Shown here piece by piece: positions 10,901 to 18,496 of a stretch of 36,187 nucleotides of DNA. The stretch lies in the IMG/VR virus record IMGVR_UViG_3300036975_000041, positions 1 to 36,187 of that record, one strand, 5' to 3'. Each line of letters begins with the position of its first letter. The stretch's first letter is position 1. A model generated the notes under the pieces. It had not been told where the DNA came from. It saw only the letters and a list, made by a program, of their open reading frames with translations, and did no database searches. Both the position numbers and the translations under genes were made by a program. Source of the DNA: a virus (lineage: Duplodnaviria; Caudoviricetes).

Positions 10901-10964
10901 AGTTGAAGATATTACTAAAGAAATAGCTAAGAAAGTTGAGGTTGTTGATAATTCAAAAGTATAA
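7923..10964 (+). CDS. Tail tape measure protein
   Basis: 1013 aa helical Ala/Glu/Lys-rich; NIGNY motif, ANPVVLVLAAIVAGL hydrophobic patch, C-terminal 'AVQAGIVASKQPPKFKKG...GGSHESG' typical of Bacteroidota phage TMPs. Confidence 0.85.
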   Translation: MADEQIIVDIEVDSDEVKKAEKRIDELTDSIEELAAKIKDAKNRNAEFQAKVNKLNDELADGNITIEERNKELEKLIKQQHKDNVFIAESTVELQKQKRERTANIKVIQSEENSRERLRQRVALLTKEYNSLNLETVEGRKRSEQLQKELKQLNEELNEGSKAAGNFKDNIGNYPEAAEGAIISLQGVGDGMEQVGGSSAQAVGGIKTLGNAFKALLANPVVLVLAAIVAGLSALFSAFKKSASGARIMDKASAVLDGTMAVLTKKMNELGEAAEQSFKKGEDGTVGFWEALKKNVVYKFQSVIELFKAVGDGLKALWEGNTEAIEKASEKAKEALIGIVTGQTSEQLEKIADKFKETAKEANELTQAFLKLADAQLKGRASARNLEKGIAQTSAELERLTEIAGDDTRAMSEQREAAIKAGEVAQKLAMQEKALAGTRLALINQEVAVRRSAGQDIQDLLDEQADAYLAYVDAQSRAAVAAQKIAIEQRKIERDIFEQNLDILIDVGDKIKTEREKQIQDESLSLDKRKQLLEGARAALEANFDAIKKEYELYGVTAEQINEVISASDAKQANEKLKALGLNEIANNRLREIILERRQAELDFNDLQKDLSDEEISRKEKANDKIQQINEDRILSQIDNEEELKNKLIELEEAKRKSLLQSKILTKEERQAILENETLTDDEKKTLLEDKTLLEEEKQAIILESEEKIKEIENEFADKKEEKEKEKLKRRKELIQESLDNIVSITEKFAGKEAALFGKIAVNIGKAFEDGKLTATEAINGITSITQASFDAIQERRDIDLQNIELKRQKELELAGDNLEAQVEINRRYDREAAVIKLKQFKADKAKALVDIAIQTAVAVVKALPNVPLSITIGALGAVQAGIVASKQPPKFKKGVNDIVSIGGSHESGRDVDVFGVSGNQTQYFGKVEKGEVMPVIRKSAINDYMIAKLNGSFSPNKRIFQTGTPDITNVNQQSLSAEDIAAAFKLINLSVKVEDITKEIAKKVEVVDNSKV

Positions 10965-11018
10965 CATTCGTTAAAAATGCATTAAAACGCATTTTAGCTC
11001 AGTGTTATAAACAAGTGC
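10956..11018 (-). other. attC/dif-like palindromic site A (short form); may double as bidirectional terminator
   Basis: Minus strand: GCACTT GTTTATAAC actga GCTAAAATGC GTTTTAAT GCATTTTTAAC gaat GTTATACTTT; homologous to sites at 29932-30001 and 30477-30543. Confidence 0.7.
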
Positions 11019-11102
11019 TTTAAGTTTGTCACTCGTTTTAAGTGTAGTGGGTATTTGACCAAAAAAGAAAAAGCCCACCGCACTTTTGTTTTTTCAAAAC
11101 AA

Positions 11103-11375
11103 TTAGAATAAAGAACCCTGGTTAATTTTCTTAGCTTCTTCAATTTCTAATGCTCTGTTTAAAAAATGTAATCCAATTTCAGGGTCTACCAAATTTCTGA
11201 GTATTTGTATTTTATTGTGTTTTATTGGCACACCTTTTAAATTAAAGCCATATCTTCCATTAGTTACTGTTTGTTCCGAAATTGGCTTTTCGGGTTCAAC
11301 ATGTAATTTATGTACAAAAAAGTTACACCAAAAATAATACCTGCCAATTTCAACGGTAGGTCTTACTAATGGCTC
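11103..11375 (-). pseudogene. C-terminal remnant (90 codons, no start) of a phage-type DNA (cytosine-5) methyltransferase
   Basis: My translation: EPLVRPTVEIGRYYFWCNFF...KIQILRNLVDPEIGLHFLNRALEIEEAKKINQGSLF*. EPL...GRxYFWxNF and RNxVDPExG match the C-terminal half of small phage C5 MTases; the 5' half is replaced by a 62-bp duplication. Not in the ORF track. Confidence 0.7.
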
Positions 11376-12226
11376 AATCGACCTTTTCTATCTTGCCTTC
11401 TTTTTGAAGTTGTTCCAATGCTGTATTCATTTCTTTCCAGAATTATTTTTTGCCACCCCGCCTCAGTTTTTTCAAAACTGTAAAGGTTAAAAAACTCGTT
11501 TATTGTTTTCCCACTTAACCACCATTGCATAGCTGTTTCACCATCTCCATTAGTTGCACAAGTGAGCTTCCATTGTGGGTTATTTGCCATGCCCTTTGTA
11601 ATTGCTTTTTTAATAGCTGTGTAATATTTTGGGTACAAGTCAAATTCTGCTTGCCTTGCTCCTTTTCTACTTACCAAAGGGCAACCAACACAGCCGAGTC
11701 TACACGCACCAGTTTTATAGTGAGGTGCAAGTTCAATATTGTGCTTGTCTATAAACTCATATACATCATCATCTTCCCAGTCGTATATTGGGTATATATG
11801 TTGTGCTCCATTTTGCCACTTTCGGTTATCGCATTGTACATAGTCTCGGTTTTGTCTTTTACGACTTTCTACTGCCCTCACTCCCTCAAATACGTTTTTA
11901 CCAACAGAACCATACTCTTTTAAAAATTCGCAACAGTATCTATTTAATCTTGTTGGCAACCCTTTACGCTCTACAAGTTGATAAAAACTCTCATTTGGGT
12001 GCAGTATTTTTGTGTGTGGGTAAAATGTTCTTATATGTTTAATCGTACCCCTAGGGTCAATAGTGGTGTTTGTATAATAGCTATCAACTTCGGTTCTTAT
12101 TCCTGCAAGTTCAATCAGTTTATCAACTACTGCACTATCTTTACCACCACTATTGCCACTATGCAAGTTAGGCATATTTCGGTGTATCGTTTTTATAAAC
12201 TTTATCGCTTTATTTTCTAATATCAT
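11366..12226 (-). CDS. Phosphoadenosine phosphosulfate (PAPS) reductase family protein, likely Fe-S; C-terminus altered
   Basis: SGGKDS PP-loop, RYCCEFLK, GVRAVES..R, YPIYDW, RLGCVGCP. Likely start ATG 12226 (track uses 12259). The last ~23 aa are read from the duplicated 62-bp segment. Confidence 0.85.
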   Translation of the reverse strand: MILENKAIKFIKTIHRNMPNLHSGNSGGKDSAVVDKLIELAGIRTEVDSYYTNTTIDPRGTIKHIRTFYPHTKILHPNESFYQLVERKGLPTRLNRYCCEFLKEYGSVGKNVFEGVRAVESRKRQNRDYVQCDNRKWQNGAQHIYPIYDWEDDDVYEFIDKHNIELAPHYKTGACRLGCVGCPLVSRKGARQAEFDLYPKYYTAIKKAITKGMANNPQWKLTCATNGDGETAMQWWLSGKTINEFFNLYSFEKTEAGWQKIILERNEYSIGTTSKRRQDRKGRLSH

Positions 12227-12411
12227 AAAAAACCCTCCATAAAAAATAATTTTTAACATTCGTTTTTCAAATCAAAGTCGGTGCGTAATTGTCGCACAGG
12301 TCATATTACTATTCGTTATACTTTAATCCTAAAAGAAACATTACTACAGCAATCGACCTTTTCTATCTTGCCTTCTTTTTGAAGTTGTTCCAATGCTGTA
12401 TTCATTTCTTT
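11375..12411. repeat. Perfect 62-bp direct repeat (11375-11436 and 12350-12411)
   Basis: caatcgaccttttctatcttgccttctttttgaagttgttccaatgctgtattcatttcttt at both positions. Confidence 0.97.
12250..12324 (-). other. attC/dif-like site A0 at the head of the minus-strand accessory block (atypical)
   Basis: Minus strand: AAAGTATAAC gaata GTAATATGAC ct GTGCG acaatta CGCAC ... ttgaaaAAC gaat GTTAaaaa. AAAGTATAAC is the exact complement of the far end of site A; AACGAATGTTA is shared with sites A and D. Confidence 0.5.
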
Positions 12412-12498
12412 GTAAATCTCGCCCCAAAGCAAAGACTTTTTAACTTTTGTCCTTGTTTTGCCAAGGTCGGTAAGTAGTTTTAAAATTAGTTCTTTCAT
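12316..12498 (-). CDS. Small hypothetical protein (possible winged-helix fragment)
   Basis: 60 aa, coupled to the upstream HTH gene; ALEQLQKEGKIEK motif; its stop lies in the GTATAAC box. Confidence 0.55.
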   Translation of the reverse strand: MKELILKLLTDLGKTRTKVKKSLLWGEIYKEMNTALEQLQKEGKIEKVDCCSNVSFRIKV

Positions 12499-12692
12499 AC
12501 CAGAAACATTTTTCTAAATTCTTCCAAGTCATCTTGTTTAATCCTGTATTCAAGTCGTGCGCCGTGGTGAACCTGAATAGCATTAAGTCTCACTTTGTCC
12601 TTTGTTAAGCCTACACGAATATAATTTCTTACCGTTTGCGGTTCGACGCTTAACTTTTTAGCTGCTTCTTTAACTGTCAACATTTTTATCAT
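12495..12692 (-). CDS. Excisionase-like (HTH_17/MerR-type) DNA-binding protein
   Basis: MLTVKEAAKKLSVEPQTVRNYIR.G...L.A.......YRIKQDDLEEF is the AlpA/Xis-like HTH pattern. Confidence 0.8.
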   Translation of the reverse strand: MIKMLTVKEAAKKLSVEPQTVRNYIRVGLTKDKVRLNAIQVHHGARLEYRIKQDDLEEFRKMFLV

Positions 12693-12864
12693 TTTTTAAT
12701 GGACATAAACACGAAATCCCATCTCCCCAAAATTCTGATGTGATAGATTCATGTATAATTCCTTTGTTATTGTACGATTTGAGTAAATCACATGTAAATA
12801 GCACTGTTCCGAGCTTTGTTGATTCAACAGTTAAGTGTCTGCATTTATTGCAACTTAATTCCAT
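12670..12864 (-). CDS. Small Cys-rich hypothetical protein
   Basis: CxxC...C...CLCPL in 64 aa; first gene after a minus-strand TAnnTTTG box. Confidence 0.55.
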   Translation of the reverse strand: MELSCNKCRHLTVESTKLGTVLFTCDLLKSYNNKGIIHESITSEFWGDGISCLCPLKNDKNVDS

Positions 12865-12876
12865 AATTTTTTTTTA

Positions 12877-12906
12877 CAAAGATAACAAATAAACGTTAAT
12901 AACGTT
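12877..12906 (-). promoter_or_regulatory. Leftward promoter -7 box with adjacent palindrome
   Basis: TATCTTTG on the minus strand (12877-12884); AACGTT-AAT-AACGTT at 12892-12906; no clear -33 TTTG. Confidence 0.45.
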
Positions 12907-12924
12907 GTGATTTACCCTAATTTC

Positions 12925-12955
12925 TTTGAAAAGGCGTAAATGTGCTATAATTTTG
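12925..12955 (+). promoter_or_regulatory. Bacteroidota primary-sigma promoter for the head operon
   Basis: TTTG (12925-12928)-N19-TAATTTTG (12948-12955), 16 nt before the ATG. Confidence 0.7.
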
Positions 12956-12971
12956 ATAAAAAATAAATTAT

Positions 12972-14072
12972 ATGGCAAAGCCTATTTTATTATACACACC
13001 AATTTTTAGTGATACAGCTGAAAGCATTACACGACAATTATTCGATTTTCCAGCAAATGAAGAAATAGAAATATGGATGAACACCCCGGGGGGGTCTGTC
13101 AGTGCTGGTTGGTCAATATTGGCAGCCCTTAATGAGTTGAAAAGAGATGTTAATGTAACTGTATTAGGTGACGCTCAAAGCTTTGGGTTTTTCATGTTGC
13201 TTTTTGCCAACAAAGTAAAAGGTTATGATACTTCTAATTTTATGATACATAGGGCAGCTTCTTTTTGGGAGGATGTTATGACTGATGAAGAATTAAAAGA
13301 AATCGAAGACCGGAACAAAATCATAAGGGGTAAGCTAGAAGTCAGGATTAAAGAAGATAAATTCAAAGAAATTACCGGAAAATCTTTTGATGATATTTTT
13401 TCAATGGATGACCGCTTAGACGTGAATCTAACTGCAAAACAAGCAAAAGAAATAGGGCTAATTGACGAAGTAATAAGCTTGGATGTAAAAAAGAGGAAAG
13501 AAATAGAAAGCCGTTACTATGATGAAATAATGGCACTTAGTATTAATTCAAATAAAAAAAAGATGGGAAAATTAACTGATTTGATTTTCGGCGAAAAAGA
13601 CCCCGTTTTAATTGCTCAAATTGGCGAAACCCAGTTTGCTTATAGTAAACTAGAAATGGGCGCCAAAATTAAAGCAGTTGGAAAAGGTGATCACGAACCT
13701 ATTTCGGGAACTTTTGAAGCTGAGAACAAAACTGTAACTGTTGTAGAAAATGAAATCACAGCGATTACAGAAATTGACAAAAGCGGACAGGAAATAGAAG
13801 CTCTTAAAGCCGAAATAAAAGCACTTAAAGAGAATCAAATTACTGTTGAAGATGTGGCAGAAGTGATTAACAAACTTCAGGATGAGCAGGCATCAGAGCT
13901 TAACGCTATTCGTGAAATTTTGGAAAAAGCAAAATTAGCGGTTTCAAAACCAGAATTACCAGAAGGTGAATTTGTTGACGAACCAGTTGGTGAAATCTTA
14001 TCAGTAAGGGAGAGGTTAACTGCTTTGCAAAACGAAAAACACGATCAGAAACGTAAACAAAGGGAGGAATAA
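12972..14072 (+). CDS. ClpP-like prohead protease fused to a scaffold-like C-terminal region
   Basis: MNTPGGSV, AQSFG (catalytic Ser), FMIHRA (His), LTAKQAKEIGLIDEV; coiled-coil C-terminus; directly upstream of the capsid gene. Confidence 0.85.
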   Translation: MAKPILLYTPIFSDTAESITRQLFDFPANEEIEIWMNTPGGSVSAGWSILAALNELKRDVNVTVLGDAQSFGFFMLLFANKVKGYDTSNFMIHRAASFWEDVMTDEELKEIEDRNKIIRGKLEVRIKEDKFKEITGKSFDDIFSMDDRLDVNLTAKQAKEIGLIDEVISLDVKKRKEIESRYYDEIMALSINSNKKKMGKLTDLIFGEKDPVLIAQIGETQFAYSKLEMGAKIKAVGKGDHEPISGTFEAENKTVTVVENEITAITEIDKSGQEIEALKAEIKALKENQITVEDVAEVINKLQDEQASELNAIREILEKAKLAVSKPELPEGEFVDEPVGEILSVRERLTALQNEKHDQKRKQREE

Positions 14073-14075
14073 AAA

Positions 14076-15026
14076 ATGGCAGATACTTTTGTTAGCACGA
14101 ATTACAATGGTGAATTAAATGATTATTTGTATAAAGTATTGGGTCTTGGTGCCCAGACTGCGCAAAAAGGTGGTTATCATTTAATTCCAGACGTAAATTC
14201 TAAAGAAGAATTGGACTATCTGGAGACAGATGAGGATCCAATGACTGACTATACTGACGACACCCCAACAACAGGTGAAGCCAATACAACTTTGAAAAAA
14301 AGGGAAGTAGAACCAAGCAAATTTACAGTATGGGGCAAAATTACTCCGTCCGCATGGTTGCCAATTTGGAGAAAATACCGTTCACAGGGCACATTAACTC
14401 AATTGAATGCAAATCCTCAATTTTTAGGGGATGTTTTCGCAGTTGTTGGGAATGCTACTGCCAGGCAACTTGATAAATTATTTTGGCAAGGTGATAAAGC
14501 TGCTGGAGCCGCAAGTCCATTAAGGTTTATTGATGGGGTAATCAAAAAAATTGAAGCAGATAGCGACACAAATATAACATTTGTAACACCTGCTGGTTCA
14601 ATTACAAAGACAAATGTGGTTGATATTTTGGAGGCTATTTATACAGCAATGCCAGACAAATTTTTTGATGATCCTGATTTTAAAATTCACATGAATACAG
14701 GTGATTACAAATTGCTTCAATTCTTTAACAACGACGTCAAAAAAACAACAGTTGGGGTATTAGATGAAAATATACGCAAGTTATTCTTGGAAAAAAGAAT
14801 TGAGCATTTTACTAACTTGCCAGCTTCTCACATTGTAGCTGCAAAAACTATGAGTTCAGAACAATCTAATTTAGTTCTTGCTATGTATGCCTCGCTTGAA
14901 AATGAAATGATGGGATTGAAAGTCGAAAAGAAAGAGCTTTCAAACATTACTCGTTATCGTTTTGACGGGATGGCCGACGCTCAATACAGATACGGTGGTG
15001 ATATCGTTTATTACAAACCAGCTTAA
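14076..15026 (+). CDS. Major capsid protein
   Basis: 316 aa after the protease; 'TNYNGE', 'LDKLFWQGD', 'FIDGVIK' motifs of Bacteroidota phage HK97-fold capsids. Confidence 0.8.
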   Translation: MADTFVSTNYNGELNDYLYKVLGLGAQTAQKGGYHLIPDVNSKEELDYLETDEDPMTDYTDDTPTTGEANTTLKKREVEPSKFTVWGKITPSAWLPIWRKYRSQGTLTQLNANPQFLGDVFAVVGNATARQLDKLFWQGDKAAGAASPLRFIDGVIKKIEADSDTNITFVTPAGSITKTNVVDILEAIYTAMPDKFFDDPDFKIHMNTGDYKLLQFFNNDVKKTTVGVLDENIRKLFLEKRIEHFTNLPASHIVAAKTMSSEQSNLVLAMYASLENEMMGLKVEKKELSNITRYRFDGMADAQYRYGGDIVYYKPA

Positions 15027-15038
15027 ATAGGAGGTATT

Positions 15039-15386
15039 ATGTATAGAAATCAAGCTATAGCGCAAGCTACATTGACAGATACAGGGGTTGTAATCTCTGA
15101 TCCTGCTCATTTTATTGAGGATGAATTTGAGGGCGTTGTTGGATTTGCAGTTCTGGCAAATGAAGTTTCTGGAACTTTGGACGGCGATTGCCAGTTACAA
15201 GGTTCTTTAGATGGAACCAACTGGGTAAATATTGGTTCTACTGTAGCAATTGTAGACGGAGTGACTGTTTTTGTGCCACTTGGTGGAACAGTACTATATT
15301 ATAACTATTATAGAATTACAACTACAGGTGTTGGAACTCAATCCACAACCTTAGATGTAACTTATATAGCAAAAGGAAGGAATTAA
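15039..15386 (+). CDS. Putative capsid decoration/structural protein
   Basis: 115 aa beta-rich, LQGSLDGTNW motif, follows the capsid gene. Confidence 0.5.
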   Translation: MYRNQAIAQATLTDTGVVISDPAHFIEDEFEGVVGFAVLANEVSGTLDGDCQLQGSLDGTNWVNIGSTVAIVDGVTVFVPLGGTVLYYNYYRITTTGVGTQSTTLDVTYIAKGRN

Positions 15387-15388
15387 TT

Positions 15389-15970
15389 ATGGCATGTGTA
15401 TTAGAAAGTCAAAGCTTACTAGATTGTGATATCCCTCCAATTGGAGGTGTTCAGAATTTTGTAATGCTATATAATTACACTGAATGGCGTGAAATGGTAG
15501 ACGGCGGAAATGTTACTTTTGATGCTGCCGGAATGATTACCGGAATAACCAACGCTTCAGGTGTACAGGCATGGCGTTTTGATGTGCCGGATGAAACTGC
15601 TTTAGTTTTGGGTTCAGTTGATAGATTAGTTGACGGCGGAATTGATGGTTATGACCATAGTCTTAATATGTCAATTATTGATACTAAGCAAGCTCAAAAA
15701 AATGTTTTAAAAGCAATGTCTTTTGAAAAAGTTGTTGCTGTTGTTTATCGGAAGAATGGTACTGGTGAAGTTTACGGAGGTGAGCAAGGATTAAAGAGTA
15801 CAACTAACACTTATAACCCAAACGATCCATCATTCGGTGGGGTTATTCCTGTACAGTTGGCTACAAGCTCACGTACAAGTCCTGAAAACTTGATGCCAGC
15901 AGACGTATTTGATACAGATATTGCAACTACAAAAGCATTAATTGAAAGTCTTAACGTACCAGGTGTTTAA
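15389..15970 (+). CDS. Putative major tail tube protein
   Basis: MAC..., 'DC..PIGGV', 'VVAVVYRKNG...VYG...GL' pattern, 193 aa, in the high-expression part of the operon. Confidence 0.65.
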   Translation: MACVLESQSLLDCDIPPIGGVQNFVMLYNYTEWREMVDGGNVTFDAAGMITGITNASGVQAWRFDVPDETALVLGSVDRLVDGGIDGYDHSLNMSIIDTKQAQKNVLKAMSFEKVVAVVYRKNGTGEVYGGEQGLKSTTNTYNPNDPSFGGVIPVQLATSSRTSPENLMPADVFDTDIATTKALIESLNVPGV

Positions 15971-15986
15971 TTTTAAATCTTAGATT

Positions 15987-16220
15987 ATGGCAAAGAAAGC
16001 AAGTAAAGATGTAGAAGAAACTACAGAAGTAAAAGAAGAAAAAAAGCCTAAAAAAGAGGTTAAAAAGTACAAGGTAAAAGATGAAAAAGAACTCGGTTTT
16101 CGCAGGAGACATTATCATACAGGTGAAGAACTTGTCTTGATAATTGCAGGCAAGGAGTATGATGAAGAAACTTATAACCAATTCAATCATAGAGCTAAGG
16201 CAATATTTTTTGAATCTTAA
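15987..16220 (+). CDS. Small charged hypothetical protein
   Basis: 77 aa, Lys/Glu-rich N-terminus. Confidence 0.55.
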   Translation: MAKKASKDVEETTEVKEEKKPKKEVKKYKVKDEKELGFRRRHYHTGEELVLIIAGKEYDEETYNQFNHRAKAIFFES

Positions 16221-16245
16221 TTACATTCAAATAGCTTTATTTATT

Positions 16246-16275
16246 AGCCCGTCCGCTACTTCGGGCGGGCTTTTT
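16246..16275 (+). terminator. Rho-independent terminator upstream of the portal gene
   Basis: AGCCCGTCCG-ctactt-CGGGCGGGCT followed by a T tract. Confidence 0.85.
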
Positions 16276-16286
16276 AATTAAATAAC

Positions 16287-17585
16287 ATGGCAGAAATTAA
16301 AGGAAAATATAAAACCTCATCAGAAAATGATGCACGGGAGCCGCAAATACAGGTAAATAGTTTGGATTTTTTAGTGTCAGTTGACCGGATGCCGACTTTT
16401 CATAGTGGGGCACAAGACATTTATTTGTATGGTTTTGATAATAATTACCCTAGAAAAATAGTACAATCATCTGATAGGAGCAGTGCCCTTGTGACAGCAA
16501 AAAACAAGCAAGCTCAATTTGTACAAGGGTTAGGCTTTCCAGGTGCAACAGCAAACGATGTAAAAAACGATACGGCTATTGTAATTAATGAAAAAGGACA
16601 AACAGCATATGACTTGCTTAAGTTTTGTGCAGAGCAAAAGAGCAATATAAATATTGCTATTCATGTGAATTATAATGCATTAGGTGAAGCTGTTGAGTTT
16701 AATCTGATTCAATACGACTTTGTACGCCGGAAAATAAAAAAGAAAAAGGATAAATTTGTTAAGTATATTATTACTAATATTTGGCATCTTGAAAACGACT
16801 ATACTCAGTATGGATATGCAGCAAAAATTATGTCATTCAATAAGTGGGTAGAAGATAAAGAAACTGAAATAGACTTCTTAGCATTGGAGGTTTTTGATTA
16901 TAACCCCGATCCTATTGTAGTAAGGGAGCAAATAGAATTAAGCGGCGGAATAGAAGACTATCCAGGCCAAATTTTCTACATGAAAAGAACAGAAGACATA
17001 TACCAAAAGGCTGTATATGATAGTGTTGCAGATGATTTTCAGTTTTTATCTGAATGCAAACTAGCTAGTTTGAGTAATATTCAAAATGGCTATAGTGCCG
17101 GAGGTATTTTCAAGCATTTTGGAAATTTGACAGGAACGAAAGAACTAGAAGAATTAAAAGGAAAACTAAAAAATACAACTGGAGCAAAGAACACTGGCAG
17201 GATAGTAGCTGTAGAAATACTTCAAAATGCAGATGGCAATATTCCTACAAATCTATTTGAGCCAACTCAAATGCAAAATATAGATAAGTTATATGAACAG
17301 CAAAAAAAGGATGCAAAAGAATCGATAAAACAACTATATTCACAACCAAGTGCCTTGATTGGTGAAGATACTACTGGCAATTTCGCCACTCAAAAAATGC
17401 AGGAAACATTTAATTTTTATAACTCTGTTACGGAGCCGTTAAGACAGGAACTTGAAATCGAATTAACAACTTTGTTTAAAAATTCTGTATTTGCAAACCA
17501 AATTCAATTACCTGTTGAAATAGAACCATTAAAGTATATGGAATTAACAGAAATAAAGCAAGATGAAACTACTAACAACGATTGA
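16287..17585 (+). CDS. Portal protein
   Basis: 432 aa; 'YGFDNNYP', 'NIQNGYSAGGI', 'TGAKNTGRI', 'FYNSVTEPLRQELE' match Bacteroidota phage portal patterns. Confidence 0.75.
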   Translation: MAEIKGKYKTSSENDAREPQIQVNSLDFLVSVDRMPTFHSGAQDIYLYGFDNNYPRKIVQSSDRSSALVTAKNKQAQFVQGLGFPGATANDVKNDTAIVINEKGQTAYDLLKFCAEQKSNINIAIHVNYNALGEAVEFNLIQYDFVRRKIKKKKDKFVKYIITNIWHLENDYTQYGYAAKIMSFNKWVEDKETEIDFLALEVFDYNPDPIVVREQIELSGGIEDYPGQIFYMKRTEDIYQKAVYDSVADDFQFLSECKLASLSNIQNGYSAGGIFKHFGNLTGTKELEELKGKLKNTTGAKNTGRIVAVEILQNADGNIPTNLFEPTQMQNIDKLYEQQKKDAKESIKQLYSQPSALIGEDTTGNFATQKMQETFNFYNSVTEPLRQELEIELTTLFKNSVFANQIQLPVEIEPLKYMELTEIKQDETTNND

Positions 17586-18291
17586 AGATATAAGGAAGTA
17601 CAGGCAATTAGGTAAACAACTTAATTCAGAAAATTTTGAAGGAAGGGTAAGAGAAGTGCAGGAAAATGAGCTAACTGAATTACTTGGGGAAAGTTTGTCC
17701 TATGAGTTTTTTGATTTTCTGGAAAATAATTGGAATAGCCAGGCGGGGACATTTACAAGGGATAGCGCAATGCAATTCACAGCACCCGGAATAGATTTGA
17801 GCGCATGGACTTCTGACTATTCTTTAAGAATTAACGATAATACTTTTGTAAGCGTAGTAAGTGCCGTTTTTGGAGGCGTAGACACGATAATAACAGTAAA
17901 AGGGTACGATTTGCCAGAAGCATTAACAACAATTGAATACAAGGCTGAAAATAAGTATATTAAGCTACTTAATGGAGAAAGTTATACTAAGGATTCTGAA
18001 ACTGTAAGTTTTAATGGTTTAAGGCCGTTTATTGCATGGAAATTACTTGCTATTTTTATTACAGATGGAAACGTAAAGCATTCAGATGTAGGAAATTTTT
18101 CAATCACTTCAACTAACTTTATTAACCCTTCAAATGCAGAATTAAAAGCCGCAAAGTCTACTTATTTACAAAATTCAACACGAGAAGAAAATAGGATAAC
18201 AGACTATTTGAATGAAAAAAGTACAGACTTTCCACTTTGGGAAACAAAAGGCGATCAGAATATTGAGAATTTTAATTTCATAGTTATTTAA
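17563..18291 (+). CDS. Putative head-tail adaptor protein
   Basis: 'REVQENELTELLGESL' N-terminus and 'YLNEKSTDFPLW' C-terminus; follows the portal gene. Confidence 0.55.
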   Translation: MKLLTTIEDIRKYRQLGKQLNSENFEGRVREVQENELTELLGESLSYEFFDFLENNWNSQAGTFTRDSAMQFTAPGIDLSAWTSDYSLRINDNTFVSVVSAVFGGVDTIITVKGYDLPEALTTIEYKAENKYIKLLNGESYTKDSETVSFNGLRPFIAWKLLAIFITDGNVKHSDVGNFSITSTNFINPSNAELKAAKSTYLQNSTREENRITDYLNEKSTDFPLWETKGDQNIENFNFIVI

Positions 18292-18314
18292 TTATTAGTT
18301 TATTGAATTGTTTT

Positions 18315-18340
18315 AGCCCAGGTTAACGCCTGGGTTTTTT
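18315..18340 (+). terminator. Rho-independent terminator ending the head operon
   Basis: AGCCCAGG-ttaacg-CCTGGGTT then TTTT. Confidence 0.85.
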
Positions 18341-18435
18341 ATTTCAAAAAATTGTGTACATTTATCAGAATGTAGCTTCAAAATATTAAGTAAGTGTTAA
18401 AAAATGTTAAAACTATGAAAATAATTGCCTAAATA

Positions 18436-18494
18436 TTTGGTCAATATTAAAATAGTTCGTATATTTGAACTATAAAACAATTAAAAATTAGCAA
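18436..18494 (+). promoter_or_regulatory. Early promoter/operator copy 1
   Basis: TTTG(18436-39)-N20-TATATTTG(18460-67); the -7 box lies inside inverted repeat ATAGTTC-N8-GAACTAT; 18450-18494 is identical to 19726-19770. Confidence 0.8.
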
Positions 18495-18496
18495 CT

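Noticed and set aside
11375-12411. 62-bp repeat as prophage attL/attR or IS target duplication
   Set aside because: It encloses under 1 kb with no integrase or transposase, is too long for a target duplication, and copies phage coding sequence.
11525-12477. Plus-strand ORFs overlapping the PAPS-family gene
   Set aside because: Antisense to a motif-supported gene and without recognisable features.
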